Positions 7,188 to 17,072 of a stretch of 32,538 bases of DNA are shown here, in pieces. This DNA is from a virus (Duplodnaviria > Caudoviricetes). Where the stretch lies: positions 1 to 32,538 of IMG/VR virus record IMGVR_UViG_3300025018_000381; one strand, given 5' to 3'. The position numbers and the translations under genes were made by a program. The notes beneath the pieces were generated by a model. That model had not been told where the DNA came from. It saw only the letters and a list, made by a program, of their open reading frames with translations, and made no database searches. Numbering within the stretch: position 1 is the stretch's first letter; the number at the start of each line of letters is the position of its first letter.

Positions 7188-10169
7188 ATGATAAACACAT
7201 TCTTCAATAAGTTCCCCAAGGTATCGCTACGGTTAAGCGATACTACTATTCTACAGTATGACGACATCTTTCGATTCGTTGATGCTAATGATCTCAGTCT
7301 ACAGTCTTACACAAATTACCAGTATTATGAGATCGCTAATGGTGCTCGACCTGATGTAGTTTCGTATGACATCTACGGTACTCCGGAGTATGCTTGGACC
7401 TTCTTCATCCTCAATGATCGGCTGAAAGCGGGCACACAAGAGTGGCCAATGTCGGATCTCGCGCTCAATAACTATATTGAAGAGAAATATAATAATTACG
7501 GAATTCTATCCATTTTCCCGCAATTTCTAGATCCAGTAAATAACGACGAAATGATTCAGAACTGGTCAATCGATACAATGACTACAGATTTCGAGATAGA
7601 TCTGGGCTCAAATACAAATACCTTCATGCCGCTATCAAACTTCCTTGCTGGTATAGACATTACGCATCCCAATCTAAGAGTCCGAAGACTAAACACTACG
7701 GGAGATCTAGGACTAAACAACGATTATTCGAATTTAATTCCGAGAGGATACGCTCGGGTAGAAGGGCTCGAAAGTGCTCGGTACCAACTACTTCTCGCCG
7801 ACGTGTCCGACTCGCTGTTCTATGTACCGGCCGATCCTGTGTCTATCCGAAATGCTTGGAGCAACCCCTACCCGCTCGAAGACGGCCGCGAGCGTACTGA
7901 ATATATCACCGAGCCTTTGAGACCAGAGGCGCTTAAGTTTGATCGAGATATTCCTCGCACGCTTCTGAATGACGTAGAGACTGCCTGTATATCTTTTGAT
8001 GGGAGTCTCAATGGTGGTGTCTGTTCTCTGAAGAGAGCAGTGCCGGCAATACTTGATTTGAAATCTAAGATCGGTGTTGTCGATCACTCTCATACCTACT
8101 CTGTATGGCTTAAGCCTACGACCGATACAGGTATACAATTCCTGATGTCCTTTGGTACTACACCGGCATCTGTGACGTCACCTGCACCTTGGATGACCAT
8201 AGCAATTGCTCCCGGATTGGAATCTGCAGTTTTTGCGGGATCGAATTCTACCGGTGATAGCAGCACCATAGCTTATACTGGTTATATCAATGCGGATCCG
8301 CAACTGGTAGTGAACGAGTGGAATCATATAGCATTCTCATTTTCACTACTGGCTGATGCTTCTCAGGCATCACTACGGTTTATATTCAATGGTGTTGTTG
8401 CTCCGCCGATGCTGATACCTACAATCTATACACCGACTACATTCACTTCGGATCTCACTGATATAGATCTGAATCTTGCAAAGGCGCCCTCGACTGGACC
8501 TTATGCAGGTATGTCTGCTTGGAAGATGGCCGGAAGGTGCAGTGAGTTCAGTGTATGGTCCGATGAGTACGGGATGGGCATTGTCCGCGCTCAGGATCTA
8601 GCATTCTCGGTATTGCCTCTGAATCCTGATAATAGTGATGATCTGCTAGCTCTGTATACTCTGTATGACTTCGGCTGGAATAATTCGGTGCTAGAACTTC
8701 TGAGTAATCAAACTTCTACAGCATACATCGGTAATGGCACTACGATATATCCTGATTCTAGATGGGGTACGGGCCGATGGGGCTGGTCTGGCCTGACTCT
8801 AGATAACCTTATTCCGTATGTCCAGAATGCTACAGATCAAGGCACTATATCCTTCTGGGTAAAATCGAATATCACCGATGAAACTGCAGTGTCTGGATAT
8901 GAAGCTTCAGAGATCGCAGCATTACACATCCGGTCTGCATCTAATCCCTATGGAGACAGGACAAATTATGCACATCTGAATATCAGCCATGGTAGCATAA
9001 GTTTGAGTATATACGACGATGCTCCGTTACAGGCTAATCTCTTTAGTATAACTGCAGCTACTCCGGTGCGTACCGATTGGATTCATGTTGCATTTGTGAA
9101 GCCTCTGTTCAACCCCGCAGCCGTTACACTTGCGGAGCGCCAGGCGAATAGACCTCGGGTATACATCAATGGGCGTTTACACACTATCGGCATTCACGAT
9201 AATGAGCGTAACTGGATCGGTAACATCGATAATATCACTCGGATATTTATGAATGCTCGGAGCACAATATGGATCGATGAGCTTGCGATATACAACGAGG
9301 CTCTGAGCGCGGCCGAAATACTTGCGCAATGGAATGAAGGCGAAGGGGTCTACACGAGCGCTGCAGACGCGCGATTAGTAGCGCTATACCACTGCGACGA
9401 CGGACATGGTTCAGTTTCTCTGGAGGACGATGGCCCGAACGGGGCAGACGGAGTGTTGATTAATTCTGACCATACTGCGTTCGATCCAGTAGGATTAGTC
9501 ATTGATCCGGATGCGCCTGACGTGACGCGGGAAATCTTTTATCCTACCGGCGCTCCGTCCGCTCGATATGCTGCTGAACAGGATGCCTTCGAGCGTAGAG
9601 TCTCTAATGCTAATGCTGTCCAGTTCGTACTGATCAATCCATATGAATCCGAAGCTGGAGTAATGACAGATCGGTATCTTGCCGAGGAAGCATCTAATCT
9701 ACAGTGGCGTAAAGACTATGCTCTTATGCTCCGCCGTACTTTTGACTTTGATCTTACACCGGCAGGTGATGCTGAATATGGCCAATATGAGTTCGAAGTA
9801 TTTGAGGATGGAGTCTTCCGTATTGATACTCTGAATGTTACCGATGATTATGTTATCGAGCGCTTTGGCAATAATTTGATATTCCGAGTTGATCACTTTT
9901 TCGAGAAAGCTGCGGAAGCTATCCATCATTATGTTGCTACAGTACCAATGATTGATCGTTGGACTGAAGAAGTTACCGATGTTGGGGAGATCCTACCGAC
10001 CGGAGACCTTTCAGTTTCGGGTCTGGGTACTCCGGTGCCGTATTTTGAAGAGGAACGGAACTTGAATGAAGCTCGAAGGAAGATCATAGTGATGAAACCA
10101 TCTATGATCAAGGACTTTGCGAAGAAATACCGTCAGACTCTGGGCACAACCCCGCGATTAAAGGTATAA
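7188..10169 (+). CDS. gp53: Baseplate wedge gp53-like protein with large internal insertion (two LamG/concanavalin-A-like domains)
   Basis: N-terminus FFNKFPKV...YEIANGARPDVVSYDIYGTPEYAWTFFILN...WPMS; C-terminus YFEEERNLNEARRKIIVMKP. Internal TYSVWLK..WNHIAFS and TISFWVK..WIHVAFV..VYING..IDELAIYNEALSAAEI. Confidence 0.8.
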   Translation: MINTFFNKFPKVSLRLSDTTILQYDDIFRFVDANDLSLQSYTNYQYYEIANGARPDVVSYDIYGTPEYAWTFFILNDRLKAGTQEWPMSDLALNNYIEEKYNNYGILSIFPQFLDPVNNDEMIQNWSIDTMTTDFEIDLGSNTNTFMPLSNFLAGIDITHPNLRVRRLNTTGDLGLNNDYSNLIPRGYARVEGLESARYQLLLADVSDSLFYVPADPVSIRNAWSNPYPLEDGRERTEYITEPLRPEALKFDRDIPRTLLNDVETACISFDGSLNGGVCSLKRAVPAILDLKSKIGVVDHSHTYSVWLKPTTDTGIQFLMSFGTTPASVTSPAPWMTIAIAPGLESAVFAGSNSTGDSSTIAYTGYINADPQLVVNEWNHIAFSFSLLADASQASLRFIFNGVVAPPMLIPTIYTPTTFTSDLTDIDLNLAKAPSTGPYAGMSAWKMAGRCSEFSVWSDEYGMGIVRAQDLAFSVLPLNPDNSDDLLALYTLYDFGWNNSVLELLSNQTSTAYIGNGTTIYPDSRWGTGRWGWSGLTLDNLIPYVQNATDQGTISFWVKSNITDETAVSGYEASEIAALHIRSASNPYGDRTNYAHLNISHGSISLSIYDDAPLQANLFSITAATPVRTDWIHVAFVKPLFNPAAVTLAERQANRPRVYINGRLHTIGIHDNERNWIGNIDNITRIFMNARSTIWIDELAIYNEALSAAEILAQWNEGEGVYTSAADARLVALYHCDDGHGSVSLEDDGPNGADGVLINSDHTAFDPVGLVIDPDAPDVTREIFYPTGAPSARYAAEQDAFERRVSNANAVQFVLINPYESEAGVMTDRYLAEEASNLQWRKDYALMLRRTFDFDLTPAGDAEYGQYEFEVFEDGVFRIDTLNVTDDYVIERFGNNLIFRVDHFFEKAAEAIHHYVATVPMIDRWTEEVTDVGEILPTGDLSVSGLGTPVPYFEEERNLNEARRKIIVMKPSMIKDFAKKYRQTLGTTPRLKV

Positions 10170-10173
10170 TAAC

Positions 10174-11547
10174 ATGGGCACAATGCGTAATATAACTGCA
10201 GACGGAACCGCGTTAACTCCGGATGCTTTCATGCTCGAAGAAGTTAGCATCTGTACCGCAAAAGGTGAAGCAATTGACCTTCAGTATGCAGTTCAGGAGA
10301 TTATCATCACCGAAAGCATCTACAGTCCGACTCTGATCTGTACTGTGAAGGTCAAGGATGAGTCAAATATACTTGAAGCTCTACCTCTCTACGGTCTCGA
10401 AACGATCTATGTTAAGATCAAGAGAAAGATGGGGCCCTCAGGATCATCTCAGGAGTTCGAGAGGACCTTTTACATTACGGATTACCCATTATATGGCCGG
10501 GCACCTCTAAGAGAACACGTGCAGGCCTGGAGTGTAACAGGAGTGTCTAAGGCGATGTGGCAGAATCCTATGTTCAAGATATCTCGGGGCTACAAGGGCA
10601 AGATATCCGATGAGATTGTCAAGATTGCTAAGGATGCGTTTAAGATAACTGTAAACTATGAAGGAGAGGCCAACTCCGAAGGTCAGGGAATCATCAATAT
10701 CCAGACACCGATGAGAGCTATGGATTGGTTTCGCCGCCGTTTGCATGATGATGACGGATCACCATACTATCTGTATGATACTCTACAGTCTGAGAAGGAT
10801 ACGTTGGAACTTAAGTCTCATGCAAAGCTGGTTGAAGGGAAACCACACAACTCTCAGCCATTCATTGACACCCGGACGTTCTCGCATCCCGCGGGATCAG
10901 CTGCAGACTTCAATCAGCGCCGGCATAAGATCATTTCGATCAGTTCAGAACTCAAGCTTTCAAAGTTCCTACCGATCGCAGCCGGTACATGGGGTTCCGA
11001 GACGAACTATGTCGATATTGCGCTTCGACAGTTTGGGAAGAAGCACTACAGTTACAAGGATGACTTCCCATTCAAGGATAAGACACTTCTGAAGACTGAC
11101 CTATTCGAAGAACCTGTCTATAATGAATCGGTCCGAGGCGGCGGAGGTGGCGGAGGGGGATCTCCGACCATAAATAAGAATGAGGAGAAACCATCGGACG
11201 AATTCTATTCTTCGGTTACAACGCTTGCAAGGAATTCCGAAGCATTCGAGGATGAAGGTCTTCAGAACTATATGGAATGGTCTTGGGAGAAGTCCTCAAT
11301 TGTAAAGGCCTTTCCCGGAGTATTCAATACTCTACATCATGAAGTACAACTATTTGGAGATTTGGAATTGAACGCGGGAAAGATTATTGAACTAGCTTTC
11401 CCGAAAGCCGGCGATCCGATGAACGTTGGAGGAAATGTTGACGAGTACATGAGTGGTAACTATCTAGTGACGTCAGCAATCCACCGCTTCAAAGGCCAGC
11501 AGTACTTTACTGAAGTCAAGGTCAAGCGCGATTCCTTTGTGAAATAA
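10174..11547 (+). CDS. Baseplate hub / tail protein (gp27-like)
   Basis: [20 protein letters not shown]-terminal GD--L-AGKII-L-FP...[16 protein letters not shown]...VKRDS. Directly upstream of gp5. Confidence 0.72.
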   Translation: MGTMRNITADGTALTPDAFMLEEVSICTAKGEAIDLQYAVQEIIITESIYSPTLICTVKVKDESNILEALPLYGLETIYVKIKRKMGPSGSSQEFERTFYITDYPLYGRAPLREHVQAWSVTGVSKAMWQNPMFKISRGYKGKISDEIVKIAKDAFKITVNYEGEANSEGQGIINIQTPMRAMDWFRRRLHDDDGSPYYLYDTLQSEKDTLELKSHAKLVEGKPHNSQPFIDTRTFSHPAGSAADFNQRRHKIISISSELKLSKFLPIAAGTWGSETNYVDIALRQFGKKHYSYKDDFPFKDKTLLKTDLFEEPVYNESVRGGGGGGGGSPTINKNEEKPSDEFYSSVTTLARNSEAFEDEGLQNYMEWSWEKSSIVKAFPGVFNTLHHEVQLFGDLELNAGKIIELAFPKAGDPMNVGGNVDEYMSGNYLVTSAIHRFKGQQYFTEVKVKRDSFVK

Positions 11548-11549
11548 TT

Positions 11550-14500
11550 ATGAATAATGGCAATACAGATCGCGATGATATGCTAGCAGGCGAGTTCGTC
11601 TGGTTCACTGGTGTTATTGAAGACATCCTAGATCCAGAACAACGAGGCCGCGTACGCGTACGCTGCTTTGGATATCACACCGAACAGAAGAACCTAATCC
11701 CGACAACTGCCCTTCCCTGGGCCAATGTCATGCTCCCGATTACGTCGGGCGCGCAAAGCGGCGTGGGCCAGAGCGCAACCGGTCTTCTTCGGGGAACGTG
11801 GGTAATTGGCTTCTTTCGAGATGGTGCCACTGCTCAGGATCCTTTAGTAATAGGATCTCTTCCCGCTGTTACGCCTTCGGTTGATTATGAATTTGGCTTT
11901 AGCGATCCTACTGAGCAGTACCCGTATGAGTCTATGGTGGATCAGCCTGACATTCCCGAAGAAGCAATTTCGAAAGATGACAAATACAAAGAGTCCTTCA
12001 CTTACAAGAAGAAGCAGGAACACCGGGACGCATTTCAAGAAATACCAGTTGCCCTTAATCCAAAGACGTGGAGCCTGCCTCCTCTCAAAGAAATCATCAA
12101 GGTCGAATATCCTAAGAACCACGTGCATGCATACGAGCGCACGGTTCCTATAAAGAAGGTTGAAGCTAATGATGAGAAGTCTACAGGTATTCTAGATCAG
12201 AAGATCGAGAAGAAAGAAAAGTTTGAAGGTAGCTTTGGACTAGATCCTAAGAAGACTATGCACGTTGAAGAGCATGACGATACGCCTGACTTTGAGCGCA
12301 TATCATCTATGCACAAATCCGGGACGTATCGTGAATGGACCCCTAAGGGTGATGAGACCGTTGTAATTGTTGGAGATGAATATCGGATTATTGCAAGCAG
12401 CCAGAAGATCAATATCGAAGGTGATGCGGTACTTACTATTGCAGGTGATTATCATCGGTTGGTTATGGGTGATGAATATATTCACGTCAAAGGTAATCGC
12501 ACCGAAGTAATTGGGGGTATGCTAACACAAAACGTCGGCCTTAATAAGACGATAACAGTGACGGGTCTTCACTCTATCACTGCTAACGCCCTTAGTACAG
12601 CATCACTATTGGGTGGAATTGATGAAGTCGTTGGGGGTTCAAAGACATCAACGGTTGCGGGAAGTTTATCACAGAATGTTATTGGGAACGTAACTAACCT
12701 TACAACAGGCATAAAACTTGACCACGCTACTAAGAAAGTTCTAGAACTTGGGCCAGATTACACTCCCGTTGATATGAAAACTTTGGCCACGGGAGGTGGC
12801 GGCAGCAGTGAGCCTGGAGTACCCGGAGTGCCAGGACCTATTGGTCCTCGAGGCAGACCCGGTACGACCGGCGAGGCGGGACAAGATGGTGCAGATGGAC
12901 AAGATGGTGCTCCGGGTGCTCCGGGTGCAGATGGACAAGATGGTGCTCCGGGTGCTCCGGGTGCAGATGGACAAGATGGTGCTCCGGGTGCAGATGGACA
13001 AGATGGTGCTCCGGGTGCTCCGGGTGCTCCGGGTGCAGATGGACAAGATGGTGCTCCGGGTGCAGATGGACTAGGTTGGACAAGCGGTTCATACGATCCA
13101 GTCACTGGTATTGTTACTTTTACGAGCGATGATGGCTTGGGATTTGTTACGACAGATCTTCGGGGTGAGGATGGCACAGATGGACAAGATGGTGCTCCGG
13201 GCGCAGATGGACAAGATGGCGCTCCTGGCCTTCCCGGCGCAGATGGACAAGATGGCGCAGATGGTCTAAGCACATTTCAAATTAGCATTTTTCATAGAAG
13301 CGCTTCTACTCCTGCCTCGCCGACTGGTGGACAATATAATTTTAGTACAAGCGCATTAACTCCTCCATCTGGTTGGACTATTGAAACACCGGCCGGAACC
13401 GATCCAATTTGGGTATCTCATACTATAGCAAGCGTTATAGGTACAGGCATTGACACCACGCTGACATGGACCACACCAGTGCAGTTTGTTTCTAACGGAG
13501 CCGATGGCGTAGATGGAACTGATGGATCCGACGGCGCTGACGGCCTTAGTAATGGAGTGTTTACGGATGCCACTTTACTTACTGCATTAGATGACGGTCT
13601 AGTCATAATTGGTGAAGCTGCTCCTAAACTTGAAGTCACTGTTAATGGTATTAAATATGTCATTAAGCTTTGGGATTATACGTATCAGCCACCACAGATA
13701 GTAAATTATGAAAATATTGTATTCGAGATAGTAACTACGACTTCTAATGAAACTGTGATGTTACCAGTAACGGGTCTTGCTGGAGCCCAAATAAATTGGC
13801 TTGATAATTCCTTATTGGAGACAACGAGTAGCGATTATCCAACACATGAATATGCTGTTGCCGGCACGCATTATGCGCAGATCCAGAGTGGAATTGTTAA
13901 CTCGATCAATGGTGGCGGTACGCCAACTTATATGGCGAAGATTAAAAAGATTCTATCATTCGGTTCGCATTTAGGTTTGCAAAGTTTGAATGCGATTAAT
14001 CTACTATCCGGTATTACGCATATTTATGATGGGTATCAACAAGGCATTACTCCCGATCTTAGCTTAAGTATGACCGAAACGTTTAGCGATATGTATTGCC
14101 AAAGCAGTACTGGATTGCCTACTTCACTTATAGAATTTGATTTGAGTGGAGTTCCTATTACATTTGTATCTAACCAAGATAAATTATATTTTATAGGATC
14201 GGCCGGAACGGCCTTTGGATCTAATCTAACTAAATTTGAAGTCAATATAGATTGGGGATCGTTTTATAATCTTCCTGATGATGGTAATGCTTGGGCTAAT
14301 TACGAAATAAGCTTGTTGAATATGTTCGCGGGCTGCTCAGCACTCCCGCGCACCCCAACGTTCTTAATAGATATGAGAGATTGGTTTGCTGCTGGCGGCC
14401 CTGGATCCACGCTGCCTCCTAGAATAACAACGGCAGTTCAGATGTTCGCTTCATGTACATCATTCATTAGCACTGGATCCGGGTATCTAATGCCGTGTCG

Positions 14501-14708
14501 AGACGATCAAGGCCTTGATGCTTCTACATCCGCTGTAATTGAGGATCGTTGGGCAACTAATCTTACTATTGCACCTCTTCATACAAATGGTAAAGGTCGG
14601 GATGGATGGAAAAATATGTATAATGGTTGTACAGCTTTCGAAGCGCAGGGGCCATCGTATTGGACGTATCTATTTGCATATAGAGGTCTTGCTAGTGCCA
14701 CTGCGTAG
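11550..14708 (+). CDS. gp5: Baseplate central spike gp5 (OB fold + beta-helix, no lysozyme) extended by collagen repeats and a C-terminal adhesin-like region
   Basis: [65 protein letters not shown], 8-residue V/IxG beta-helix repeats, then Gly-X-Y repeats. Confidence 0.9.
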   Translation: MNNGNTDRDDMLAGEFVWFTGVIEDILDPEQRGRVRVRCFGYHTEQKNLIPTTALPWANVMLPITSGAQSGVGQSATGLLRGTWVIGFFRDGATAQDPLVIGSLPAVTPSVDYEFGFSDPTEQYPYESMVDQPDIPEEAISKDDKYKESFTYKKKQEHRDAFQEIPVALNPKTWSLPPLKEIIKVEYPKNHVHAYERTVPIKKVEANDEKSTGILDQKIEKKEKFEGSFGLDPKKTMHVEEHDDTPDFERISSMHKSGTYREWTPKGDETVVIVGDEYRIIASSQKINIEGDAVLTIAGDYHRLVMGDEYIHVKGNRTEVIGGMLTQNVGLNKTITVTGLHSITANALSTASLLGGIDEVVGGSKTSTVAGSLSQNVIGNVTNLTTGIKLDHATKKVLELGPDYTPVDMKTLATGGGGSSEPGVPGVPGPIGPRGRPGTTGEAGQDGADGQDGAPGAPGADGQDGAPGAPGADGQDGAPGADGQDGAPGAPGAPGADGQDGAPGADGLGWTSGSYDPVTGIVTFTSDDGLGFVTTDLRGEDGTDGQDGAPGADGQDGAPGLPGADGQDGADGLSTFQISIFHRSASTPASPTGGQYNFSTSALTPPSGWTIETPAGTDPIWVSHTIASVIGTGIDTTLTWTTPVQFVSNGADGVDGTDGSDGADGLSNGVFTDATLLTALDDGLVIIGEAAPKLEVTVNGIKYVIKLWDYTYQPPQIVNYENIVFEIVTTTSNETVMLPVTGLAGAQINWLDNSLLETTSSDYPTHEYAVAGTHYAQIQSGIVNSINGGGTPTYMAKIKKILSFGSHLGLQSLNAINLLSGITHIYDGYQQGITPDLSLSMTETFSDMYCQSSTGLPTSLIEFDLSGVPITFVSNQDKLYFIGSAGTAFGSNLTKFEVNIDWGSFYNLPDDGNAWANYEISLLNMFAGCSALPRTPTFLIDMRDWFAAGGPGSTLPPRITTAVQMFASCTSFISTGSGYLMPCRDDQGLDASTSAVIEDRWATNLTIAPLHTNGKGRDGWKNMYNGCTAFEAQGPSYWTYLFAYRGLASATA
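12816..13270 (+). repeat. Collagen-like Gly-X-Y repeat built from near-identical 9-nt units
   Basis: Units GGTGCAGAT (GAD), GGACAAGAT (GQD) and GGTGCTCCG (GAP) in varying tandem order at about 12879-13070, resuming at about 13165-13265 after a short non-collagen insert. Confidence 0.95.
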
Positions 14709-14748
14709 TGAGTGCTTAAGTAGTAATCTGAATATGGCGAGGAAACTG

Positions 14749-14756
14749 GATAAATA
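14749..14756 (+). promoter_or_regulatory. Late promoter variant (GATAAATA) upstream of gp25
   Basis: Intergenic, 5 nt before ATG 14762. Confidence 0.55.
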
Positions 14757-14761
14757 GCATT

Positions 14762-15196
14762 ATGGCGATATCATCATACAATAGATCGGGTTATCTTGCG
14801 AACATCGTTTCGCAGAAGGAACTGTATGCAGATTTGGATTTGTTCATGCCTATACATCCAAACAAGAAGGACATCATTCCTCTGACCGATATTGATGCAG
14901 TCAAGCGCTCAGTGCGGAATATAGTCTTGACTAACTTCGGTGAGAAGCTTTTCATGCCGAACTTTGGAGGTAAGGTTACAGACTATCTCTTTGAAAACGT
15001 TAGTCCATTCATTGCAATTGCGCTGCAGTCTGAGATCGAAGAGATCCTCCGCTTGCACGAACGCCGGATTGATAATGTAAGAGTTGATGTTAGCGATCGC
15101 AGTGATGAGAATACTTATGATGTGACGATTAACTTCCGTGTAATAAATACTACTGAAACAGCAAACGTTGGTTTTGAACTCAACAGATTAAGATAA
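14762..15196 (+). CDS. gp25: Baseplate wedge subunit / sheath initiator
   Basis: YADLDL, DAVKRSVRNIVLTNFGEKLFMPNFGG, LFEN, E-RI, C-terminal LNRLR. Confidence 0.95.
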   Translation: MAISSYNRSGYLANIVSQKELYADLDLFMPIHPNKKDIIPLTDIDAVKRSVRNIVLTNFGEKLFMPNFGGKVTDYLFENVSPFIAIALQSEIEEILRLHERRIDNVRVDVSDRSDENTYDVTINFRVINTTETANVGFELNRLR

Positions 15197-15199
15197 ACT

Positions 15200-17071
15200 A
15201 TGGCAGCAAACGCATTAAGAGTAACTGAACTAGATTTTGATTCGATCAAATCGAATATGAAGGCATACTTCACTCGTCAGAATTCACCTTTTCGTGACTG
15301 GGATTTTGAAGGTAGTGGCCTAAGCTATTTGCTTGATGTGTTAGCGTATAACACTCACTACAACGCAGTCAATGCTCATTTGTCTATGAACGAATCATTC
15401 CTTGATTCTGCGCAGATTCGTTCCAATGTTGTTTCTCGTGCGAGACTATTAGGATACACACCTCGCTCACGGAGAGGTGCCCGGGCAGAGCTCAGTCTAA
15501 CCTTTACTCGAAACAGCAATGCTACTGATGTTAAGACATTAACGCTTCCTCGAGGTTCTCTGTTTAGTACGCAGATAGATGGTAATCGATATGTGTTTTC
15601 TACACGTCAGGATTATGAAGCAATCTATAATTCGCAGACTGGTTTATTTTCATTTCCAAATGTTACTATTGTGCAGGGTCTGCCAAAGGTTGAAACGTTC
15701 GTAGTGAATGGTGGTTTAGCTCATCAGGTATTTAATATATCTGATATCAATATTGATACCAGTTCTCTTGAAGTTCGTGTTAAATCACACTCGCAATCAA
15801 GCGAGGCCACGACCTATTTGAATGCTGATACTCGTTCTACATATGACGAAACCTCGGCAGTCTATTTCCTCTCTGAAAACTATGAAGGATCATACCAATT
15901 GGAATTTGGTGACGGCCTGATTGGGCGTAGTCCTGAGAATCTAAACGTGGTTGAGATATCATATCTGTCCTCGGCCGGTAGCGAAGCCAATGGCGCAAGG
16001 AATATTAGTTTTGTCCGGCCAAGCACCAGCGTGTTTACTTCAACAGCAACGCTTAAAAAGATTATCGTTCTTGAAACTGCATATGGTGGTGATGAACGGG
16101 AATCAATTGACGCTATTCGTACTGTTGCTCCCCGTGCTTTCATTGCTCAGAATCGAGTAGTCACTGCAAAAGATTACGAAGCGATGATTAAGAAAAACAT
16201 TCCCGACGTTGAAGCCATTTCAGTATGGGGCGGGCAAGAGAACGATCCGCCAGTATATGGGAAGGTGTTTCTTGCAGCTAAGCCTAAAGGCGCGCTATTT
16301 CTGTCTGATGCTCAGAAGGAAGAGATCCTAAATTATTTGCGAACAGTTAGCATGGTAACAGTGTTTCCGGAAATCGTAGATACGAGTTATATCTATCTGT
16401 CATTCGATGTTTTCTTTAAATACAATCCCACACTAACTACGTTGACTGCTTCCCAGTTAGCAAGTAAGGTTCGGTCAACTATTTCTGATTTCAGTGAAAA
16501 CGGTCTTGGAGGATTTGATAACATTTTCCGTTATTCAAAATTCCTGAATGCTATAGACACTACTGATGAATCGATTCTGAATTCATTTGCTAGAATCTAT
16601 GTTCGAAAATTACTACCACTCTATGCTGCTGATAACTCAGCGCAGGAAGTAGATTTTAGAATGCCGTTCTATGGACAGATAGATCAGGTTGATTCGTATA
16701 TCACTTCATCATCTTGGCGCTATAACAATCAGACTGTTTATCTGGCCGATGAATATCGCTCTGGAAATTCTTCTGAAAGAAATTTGTTCATCTACACAGT
16801 TATAGCTAATGGCAAGAGAGTTAAAGTTATCCCTTCAATTGGAACGTTGAATGTATCAACCGGACGCATAGCGATGGATAGAGTACCTACAACATTTGAT
16901 ACTACAATATCGATAACAGCGATTCCCAATGCGTATGATGTAGCTACCATTCGTAATCAGCTTATAACAATTGACCTTGAAGCTACATCAATTACGGGCG
17001 ACACCGATGCTACATTTGATGCAGGTGCTGCTGATAGAATATACGATACTATCCCAAGATTTAGAAGTTAA
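15200..17071 (+). CDS. gp6: Baseplate wedge subunit
   Basis: LDFDSIK, DWDFEGSGLSYLLDVLAYNTHY, NESFLDSAQIRSNVVS-ARLLGYTPRS, FGDG-IG, AQNRVVTAKDYE, VWGGQENDPPVYGKVF. Confidence 0.96.
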   Translation: MAANALRVTELDFDSIKSNMKAYFTRQNSPFRDWDFEGSGLSYLLDVLAYNTHYNAVNAHLSMNESFLDSAQIRSNVVSRARLLGYTPRSRRGARAELSLTFTRNSNATDVKTLTLPRGSLFSTQIDGNRYVFSTRQDYEAIYNSQTGLFSFPNVTIVQGLPKVETFVVNGGLAHQVFNISDINIDTSSLEVRVKSHSQSSEATTYLNADTRSTYDETSAVYFLSENYEGSYQLEFGDGLIGRSPENLNVVEISYLSSAGSEANGARNISFVRPSTSVFTSTATLKKIIVLETAYGGDERESIDAIRTVAPRAFIAQNRVVTAKDYEAMIKKNIPDVEAISVWGGQENDPPVYGKVFLAAKPKGALFLSDAQKEEILNYLRTVSMVTVFPEIVDTSYIYLSFDVFFKYNPTLTTLTASQLASKVRSTISDFSENGLGGFDNIFRYSKFLNAIDTTDESILNSFARIYVRKLLPLYAADNSAQEVDFRMPFYGQIDQVDSYITSSSWRYNNQTVYLADEYRSGNSSERNLFIYTVIANGKRVKVIPSIGTLNVSTGRIAMDRVPTTFDTTISITAIPNAYDVATIRNQLITIDLEATSITGDTDATFDAGAADRIYDTIPRFRS

Positions 17072-17072
17072 T

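Noticed and set aside
12741-13273. Alternative-frame and antisense ORFs over the collagen region (e.g. 12758-13273 minus, 12796-13074 plus)
   Set aside because: By-products of a stop-free 9-nt periodic repeat.
16971-17072. Track start of gp7 overlapping gp6 by about 100 nt
   Set aside because: ATG 17073 immediately after the gp6 stop is more plausible, and the extension has no recognisable content.
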